Shown: piece after piece, positions 58,210 to 64,000 of the stretch
How positions within the stretch are numbered: position 1 is the first letter of the stretch
How the letters are laid out: every line of letters starts with the position of its first letter
Origin: a virus
Taxonomy: Duplodnaviria > Caudoviricetes
DNA: 64,000 nucleotides
IMG/VR virus record: IMGVR_UViG_3300021255_004000
Coordinates: 128,001 to 192,000 of that record
Direction: 5' to 3' (one strand)
Translations under genes and position numbers: made by a program
Notes under the pieces: generated by a model
The model's input: only the letters and a program-made list of their open reading frames with translations
Database searches by the model: none
What the model was told of the DNA's origin: nothing

Positions 58210-59862
58210 CTTCGTTATCTCCTACAGCCTGTTTAATCTGATCTTGAAGTTTTGATAATGCAGAAAGCAAAGCAAGTTTCTTTACCAGTTCATCTGCCTT
58301 GTCAGGAGATGCGCCTTCCATAACAAGTTTTGCGGCCATTGCGTGCATTGACATTGCTGCTTCAAAAGCCTTCCATTCACCATCAGTTTTTGGTCGAACT
58401 TCAGCAGGAAGTTTCCAAGCAGCCTTCTTGTTGATAATGCGGCGGGCGCGTTCAATATCCATTTCACGATATGCTTCGATTTCTTCTTTAAAGAAATCCC
58501 TCAACTTGAAACGAACGTTGTGATCTTTGTAGTCTTTGAACGAAAGAGCATTTGCCATCATTTCAGAAAACGCTTTTGCAACTTTTAAGTTTGTAAACTC
58601 AGCAATGTCTTGCTCAACACCATCATAAACCCACAAGTGGCCATTTACACCTGTCTGTTTGATAGTGACTTTCCAATGGCGGTTCCAACCTGAAGTATGA
58701 TCTTCAAAGTGGTAAACAATTACCACATAATCTTTCTCCAAAGGAAGTCCATAACGGTTATGCATTGCGTCAAATAACCAACCATCACCTATTGGCTTAG
58801 GTGTGTTTGAAAAAGGTCTACCCATTCTTGTGCTCCTTACTGTATGTGTTTAATGCGTCTGCAACAATTTGACAGATGTCGTCAAAGAACAATCCGTCAG
58901 CAAGCGCATCATAAATTGCATCTTTAAGATTTTTCTCCACTTCAGTTTTTGACATTCACCCACCTCTTAATCATAGTAATCTGAAACTTCTTCACCGTTC
59001 CAAAGTCTCATTGGCCCACACCAAGAACCTTTGTAATACCCAGGAATATAAAATCCGCCGTCTTCTGTAGGCTTTACCATAATTCTTTTTGGAATAAGAC
59101 AGTTGCAGTTGTTTGAAAGAACTACATAGTCTTCCCAGAAACTTTGATTGTTTGCTTTTGCAACCATCTTGGCTTTGTCATACTGATCTTTTGTTCCTTT
59201 AAGAAGATCAAAGCCGTACTTTTTATTGTAATCTTTATAAACTGCCTCAAGGCTTTTAAGTGCTTCTTCATCAGGAAGTTTGTATGAATGACCTGTTCCG
59301 CCGCCTTCGTGTTCAAAATGTGTTTGCTTTGACGGCATTTTGACTACAAGAACTGATTTCTTTGATGTCCCAACAATTTTGAAAAATGTTGAAGAATTAC
59401 ACCAATGCTGAACTAAAATTGTTCCAATGGGAATGTCTTCTGGTGACTTCAAAGACTTAATATCCATTTTCAAACTCCTTAGAATGAAGCGAGAACTTCA
59501 GCATTTTCCATTGCAAAGTTTGCATCTTCCATAGCACGAGCCTTTGCCCAAGCAATAGCAGCATCCTTTTCCTTTTTTGTAAGGATGTACTTTCCGTCAG
59601 CGTCAACCTCGTGAATGTAAACCTTGTGAACCATCTTTCGAGGATTGCGGCTGTATGACTGTGACCAACGAATTCTTTCGCGTTCTTCACGAGCCTTTTC
59701 GAGAAGTTCTTCTTTGTCAGTTGATGGTTTTGTTACATCAAAGAAACAAGGATTTTCACCTTTCAAAAGGGCCCAAGCTTTAATTGTAAGATTTGTAGCA
59801 ATATCTTCCCTTTTCCAAGCACCTTCAGAAAATACGCGGAAATATTTGATCTTGTTTGCCAT
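58190..59862 (-). CDS. Early hypothetical genes (58190-58825, 58818-58955, 58967-59473, 59479-59862)
   Basis: Coupled ORFs after class I promoter. Confidence 0.6.
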
Positions 59863-59895
59863 AATTTGCTCCTTGTTTTGGTTGTTTACAAAAAT

Positions 59896-59924
59896 AATAT
59901 AAAAGACATTACATCAAAGTTCAA
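59896..59924 (-). promoter_or_regulatory. Class I promoter
   Basis: TTGAAC-17-TATATT. Confidence 0.85.
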
Positions 59925-59958
59925 TTTTTTCTATAAAATAATTATCATATTTTCATAT

Positions 59959-59987
59959 TTATTATTGTCCCATATAGCTAAAAAAGT
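59959..59987 (+). repeat. 29-bp dispersed element, copy C
   Basis: TTATTATTGTCCCATATAGCTAAAAAAGT, followed by palindrome TTGACA-CTTTT-TGTCAA. Confidence 0.95.
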
Positions 59988-60033
59988 CAGGTTGACACTT
60001 TTTGTCAATCTGTCTAAATGTTAATATACTTTT

Positions 60034-60900
60034 ATGGGAAATAACGCATATCATAAAAAGGACAGTCTTGAGTTCTTCCCTACACAAGAATGGGTAAAAG
60101 AAGCTTTATACTCAATGATGAAAGGGACTGAGAAAAATATTCTCGATCCTTGCTGTGGAGATGGCGGACTTGAGTACTTTGACAAATATGAATATAAGTT
60201 GATGGACATTGAGAATCGAGGACTTGAAGGTGTTGAACTTTGTGACTTTTTGAAACGCGAGCCAAAAGAAGGAGAGCATTATGACTGTGCTGTTATCAAT
60301 CCACCGTTTAGTCTTACTGATGAGTTCATCACACAAGCGTTCAAATACACAGATGATATTTATTTGATTGCGCCTTTCAAGTCAGTTTATAAGAAATGGA
60401 ACTTTGCAATAGTTGATAGCATTCTTGACTGGAGAATACCTTACCAATGTTTTGCAATTTTGACTTCGGTTGGACTGATGCATTTGAGAAACAAAAAGCA
60501 GTTTACTTTCGGGGCAGTAAAGAACAATGCAGATACATTTTGGGGACAAGAATTACCTTATGAGAAAAGTTGGAAACAAACATTCTTTGTTGCAGAAAAA
60601 GCTCCTGATAAGTGGTTTATTGTAAATCGTTTGACAAAAGCAAGAGTTCAAAGAAATGAGGAACTTATTCAAGAAAAAGATATTTATGCGCCAAATGATG
60701 AGAATGCATTTATTGTTGAAAAGGGAAATACAAACACTAAAGCAGGTGACAAAATAAAGCGAGAGATTATGCTGTTTGATAGCAAAGAAGACGCTTATGC
60801 TTTTCGTCAGAAGTATATTGATAACAGTGATTATGTAAGAAATTATTGTTACTTGTATGGCGGAACTGTACTTGACATCCGCAAGATACCACTGTTATGA
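60034..60900 (+). CDS. DNA N6-adenine methyltransferase
   Basis: FFPT, ILDPCCGDGG (SAM binding), INPPF (catalytic). Confidence 0.85.
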   Translation: MGNNAYHKKDSLEFFPTQEWVKEALYSMMKGTEKNILDPCCGDGGLEYFDKYEYKLMDIENRGLEGVELCDFLKREPKEGEHYDCAVINPPFSLTDEFITQAFKYTDDIYLIAPFKSVYKKWNFAIVDSILDWRIPYQCFAILTSVGLMHLRNKKQFTFGAVKNNADTFWGQELPYEKSWKQTFFVAEKAPDKWFIVNRLTKARVQRNEELIQEKDIYAPNDENAFIVEKGNTNTKAGDKIKREIMLFDSKEDAYAFRQKYIDNSDYVRNYCYLYGGTVLDIRKIPLL

Positions 60901-61425
60901 AAAGATGTACTTTTCTGATACAGCAAACACTAGTGGTTTAATTTGTGGGATAAGTTCTTGAGCATCTTTCAATGTTGTACCTGTACTTACAACATTATCA
61001 ACAAAATACACAGGTCCATCAATGTCCTGCATTGCGTCGTAAAGATACATACCTGATGAAAACTTTTGTCCTTTTAAGTCGATACCATTCTTTTCTTGCC
61101 AAGCTTTTTTGATTGCATATAAAGTCTCTCTTGGTGTACAACCCATAACATCAATGATTGTTACTTCATAAGGACAAACTTCTTTAATGTGTTCACAAAT
61201 TTTTAATGTGTACTCTGCCTTGCCTGTATGTTGCGGGGCGGGTACCAAGAAACAGTCTTTTTTGATTTGAGACGCAAGAAAGTCGCCCATTTCTTCAATG
61301 GCCCATTCATTATTTTCTTTTACACCGTGTGCAACTTCCGAAACATATCCGTGTTTGTAAATGTATGCTTCTGTATCGCCAAGCACAACTTTTCTTGCGT
61401 GTTCTTTATCAACCAACTGTTCCAT
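60895..61425 (-). CDS. Phosphoribosyltransferase-fold (ComF-like) protein
   Basis: LVPAP; VYFVDNVVSTGTTL PRPP-binding loop. Confidence 0.75.
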   Translation of the reverse strand: MEQLVDKEHARKVVLGDTEAYIYKHGYVSEVAHGVKENNEWAIEEMGDFLASQIKKDCFLVPAPQHTGKAEYTLKICEHIKEVCPYEVTIIDVMGCTPRETLYAIKKAWQEKNGIDLKGQKFSSGMYLYDAMQDIDGPVYFVDNVVSTGTTLKDAQELIPQIKPLVFAVSEKYIFS

Positions 61426-61432
61426 ACAAAAG

Positions 61433-61681
61433 TTAGTAAGTAATCATCTCCATAGATGGCATAGCGCAGTTGCAGAATGCATTTTTATTGTTTGGACAAT
61501 TTTGACAACATTTAGGTAAGTTTGGTTTATAATCTTCAAAACCAAGTTGCTTGTCAGTTTGATTATGATCTTTCAACCAATCATAAATTGCTTGATTAAA
61601 AACATCGTGGGTTGCACCACTGTGTTCAATCATTACTTGTTCAAGTGTTAAATCACTTGTGTTTGTTACATAAGTTCTCAT
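61433..61681 (-). CDS. Small Cys-rich protein
   Basis: CCQNCPN...CNC. Confidence 0.55.
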   Translation of the reverse strand: MRTYVTNTSDLTLEQVMIEHSGATHDVFNQAIYDWLKDHNQTDKQLGFEDYKPNLPKCCQNCPNNKNAFCNCAMPSMEMITY

Positions 61682-63066
61682 AGTTTAATTGGTTCTCCTG
61701 TTACAATTTCAACTTTATATCCTTTTTCTGTAAGGTGTTGTTGTAGGTACTCTTGAGCATCTTTATCACCGTGTACAAGAAAAATCTTTTTTAATTTTGA
61801 TGTATCAACTTCCTTCAACCAAGCAGCGATTTCATTATAATCTGCGTGAGCAGAGAAAGCGTTAATCTTGTGTACTTCAGCTTTCAAATGATACTCTTTA
61901 TTGTCGATAGTAAGCAACTCTTCTTTTTCAAGTATCTTTCGGCCTAAAGTGCCTTCGCCCATATAACCAACAATAAGAATTGTGTTCTTAGGATTTTCAA
62001 TGCCTTCTTTAAGGTGGTTGATAATTCTTCCTGCTTCACACATTCCATTTGCGGCGATTATGATAGCAGGAACTTGTGACTTTGCAACCAACTGGCTTTC
62101 ACGGAAGTCTGAAATGAACTGCAAAGAACGAACACTAAAAGGATTCTTACCTTTGCTTATAAACTCATTTACAATCTTTTCATTAAAGCATTCAGGATGT
62201 ATGTTGAAAACGCCAGTTGCATTACTTGCCATAGGAGAATCAACATAAACAGGAACTCTTGGAATAGCATTAACAGCCATCAATCTTTTAATGTAATAAA
62301 TAATTTCCTGAGCTCTTTCAACAGCAAACGATGGGATAATTACTTTACCGCCGCGTTTTATTGTTTCATTGATAACAGTTGTAAGTTCTCCGTAACAATG
62401 TTCCAATGACTCGTGTGTACGGTTGCCGTAAGTACTTTCAAGGAATATGTAATCAGGTGCAGGCATATCTGTATCAGGCTTTCTTGTGATAGGATTTGAG
62501 TTGCGTCCTAAGTCACCTGTATAAAGAATATGCATTCTTTCATCTTCTTTTTTAATCAACTTTTGAAGGAAGTTTCTTTTTCTTTTAACTGATATGTCAA
62601 TCATTGATGAACCAAGAATATGACCTGCATCATACATTGTATATGTTATGCGTTCATCAAGTACTTTTTCTTTTCGATATGCGTGGCATCTGAAGTGGTT
62701 GATTGTCTCAACAACATCAGACTCTTCATATGCAGGTCCGCCCTTTTCATACTTTTGAATCTTTGCAGAGTCAAGCATTACTATTGATGCAAGATCTCTT
62801 GTTGCTGGTGTTGAACGGATTGAACCTTTGTAACCGTCTTTGATAAGTTTTGGCAATAAGCCACAATGGTCATAGTGTGCGTGTGTTAAAAAGACTGCTT
62901 GAAGTTTGTCAACTTGGAAAGTGAATTCTCTGTTGCGTTCTTGAGCACTTTCAGCACCTTGCCAAGCGCCGCAGTCAATCATATATGGTAAGCCATCAAT
63001 CTCAAGAATATGTTTTGAGCCAGTGACTTCACCGACAGCCCCGAGAGAGTAGGCGATTATACTCAT
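61678..63066 (-). CDS. MBL-fold beta-CASP ribonuclease (Ysh1/CPSF-like)
   Basis: EVTGS, IDCG, THAHYDHCG, AGHILGS, TGDLG, ESTYG, FSAHAD, VHG. Confidence 0.92.
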   Translation of the reverse strand: MSIIAYSLGAVGEVTGSKHILEIDGLPYMIDCGAWQGAESAQERNREFTFQVDKLQAVFLTHAHYDHCGLLPKLIKDGYKGSIRSTPATRDLASIVMLDSAKIQKYEKGGPAYEESDVVETINHFRCHAYRKEKVLDERITYTMYDAGHILGSSMIDISVKRKRNFLQKLIKKEDERMHILYTGDLGRNSNPITRKPDTDMPAPDYIFLESTYGNRTHESLEHCYGELTTVINETIKRGGKVIIPSFAVERAQEIIYYIKRLMAVNAIPRVPVYVDSPMASNATGVFNIHPECFNEKIVNEFISKGKNPFSVRSLQFISDFRESQLVAKSQVPAIIIAANGMCEAGRIINHLKEGIENPKNTILIVGYMGEGTLGRKILEKEELLTIDNKEYHLKAEVHKINAFSAHADYNEIAAWLKEVDTSKLKKIFLVHGDKDAQEYLQQHLTEKGYKVEIVTGEPIKL

Positions 63067-63359
63067 AAGTCCTCCAATGCGTCAATCAATTCAAGTTTCT
63101 TTTGATAAACGCATTCCTTAACTTTTTTATAATAGGAACGACAACTTTCCCAAACGGTCTTCTCAGTCGCATCTGAAAAAGCAAAAGTTCTTGAAGAAAT
63201 AACAATGTTATCTCTATCCAAAACTGTAACAGCCCACATATTATTTGTAAGGTCTGATATGTAAACTGCGCCCGCGGCATACTTCTTAGAAGTAATTATT
63301 CTACCTAAGTCAGCTTCAATCATTCGATATTTAGTCGTTACGATTGAGCTTTTTCCCAT
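63063..63359 (-). CDS. Hypothetical protein
   Basis: Coupled ORF. Confidence 0.55.
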   Translation of the reverse strand: MGKSSIVTTKYRMIEADLGRIITSKKYAAGAVYISDLTNNMWAVTVLDRDNIVISSRTFAFSDATEKTVWESCRSYYKKVKECVYQKKLELIDALEDL

Positions 63360-63829
63360 TTCTCTTTAATCAAATTGATTTGACTAAAAACCAATTCTTC
63401 AATTCTTGGCCAATCAAGATTAAACTCATCAAGGCGAGGTGTACCAATGTTTAAGTCATCAATGTAACAACTGCAAGGAATCTTGCTGTTTATTGTATAA
63501 CGCACTGGGAATGTAATCTTTTTGTTTAAGTTGTTCTTAATTGAAATGCCATCACGCTTAGGTAAAAATACTTCATTAAGTTGGTAACGACAAAGATAAT
63601 CTTTTACATAATTCCAATTGTCAGCATTATCAAGATTTCTTGCTGTATGAATCACTAGATAAATTGGATTCTCAGGATCTTGATAATTGTGTTCGTGAAT
63701 ATGATTGTAAAAGTCAACAAAACCTTTTTGAGGTTTTGGAAAATCATTACCTCCTGCAGGCATTGTTGTAACTGTGCCATCAAAGTCAATACCAATAATG
63801 AATGGCTCATCTTTACTGTATAAGGTCAT
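63338..63829 (-). CDS. HAD-superfamily phosphatase
   Basis: IGIDFDGT, HTAR, K...YIDD. Confidence 0.8.
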   Translation of the reverse strand: MTLYSKDEPFIIGIDFDGTVTTMPAGGNDFPKPQKGFVDFYNHIHEHNYQDPENPIYLVIHTARNLDNADNWNYVKDYLCRYQLNEVFLPKRDGISIKNNLNKKITFPVRYTINSKIPCSCYIDDLNIGTPRLDEFNLDWPRIEELVFSQINLIKEKWEKAQS

Positions 63830-64000
63830 TTTTATCCCTACTTCTTAATAAAACAATTTCATTCTCTTTATCGACTTCATAGCCGTCAAGAATATGAGTT
63901 TCAAGATCTAAGTCAACTTCAAACATTGCGTAGCCTTGGTGCGCAAGATCTTGCAAGGTGCACACCAATTCACTGAGTGTCATCTTTTTCATACTTTATT

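Noticed and set aside
1-64000. CRISPR array, tRNA/rRNA genes, IS/transposase, integrase, reverse transcriptase/DGR
   Set aside because: No regularly spaced repeats, cloverleaf-like intergenic segments or catalytic motifs seen by eye; intergenic space is small and largely explained
1-64000. Stop-codon reassignment
   Set aside because: Long conserved genes are intact in the standard code, and TAA, TAG and TGA all end genes at coupled junctions

Overview
AT-rich, gene-dense segment of a large (jumbo-type, T4-like-module) tailed phage genome read with the standard genetic code. Recognisable core genes: prohead protease fused to a scaffold, gp13-like neck protein, terminase large subunit, beta-clamp-like protein, phage sigma factor, DinG/Rad3 helicase, UvsY-like protein, N-terminal half of an NAD-dependent DNA ligase, adenine methyltransferase and a beta-CASP ribonuclease. 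Accessory genes include Hsp20, a membrane GGDEF-EAL protein, BspA-type LRRs and a glycosyltransferase-like protein. Several features point by inference to a diderm, probably spirochaete (Treponema-like) host. Three promoter classes can be read directly from the DNA, and many genes appear leaderless. Best candidates for undescribed biology: (i) seven otherwise dissimilar proteins sharing a ~45-aa C-terminal PxxFxG module; (ii) a 43-aa FlgM-like anti-sigma28 mimic missed by the ORF track; (iii) two spanin-like genes overlapping by ~500 nt and starting from one ATGTG; (iv) an exact 29-bp element repeated three times at divergent promoter junctions; (v) a 26%-tryptophan segment in a giant protein; (vi) a structured leader on hsp20. 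Product calls are from motif recognition only; no database searches were run.
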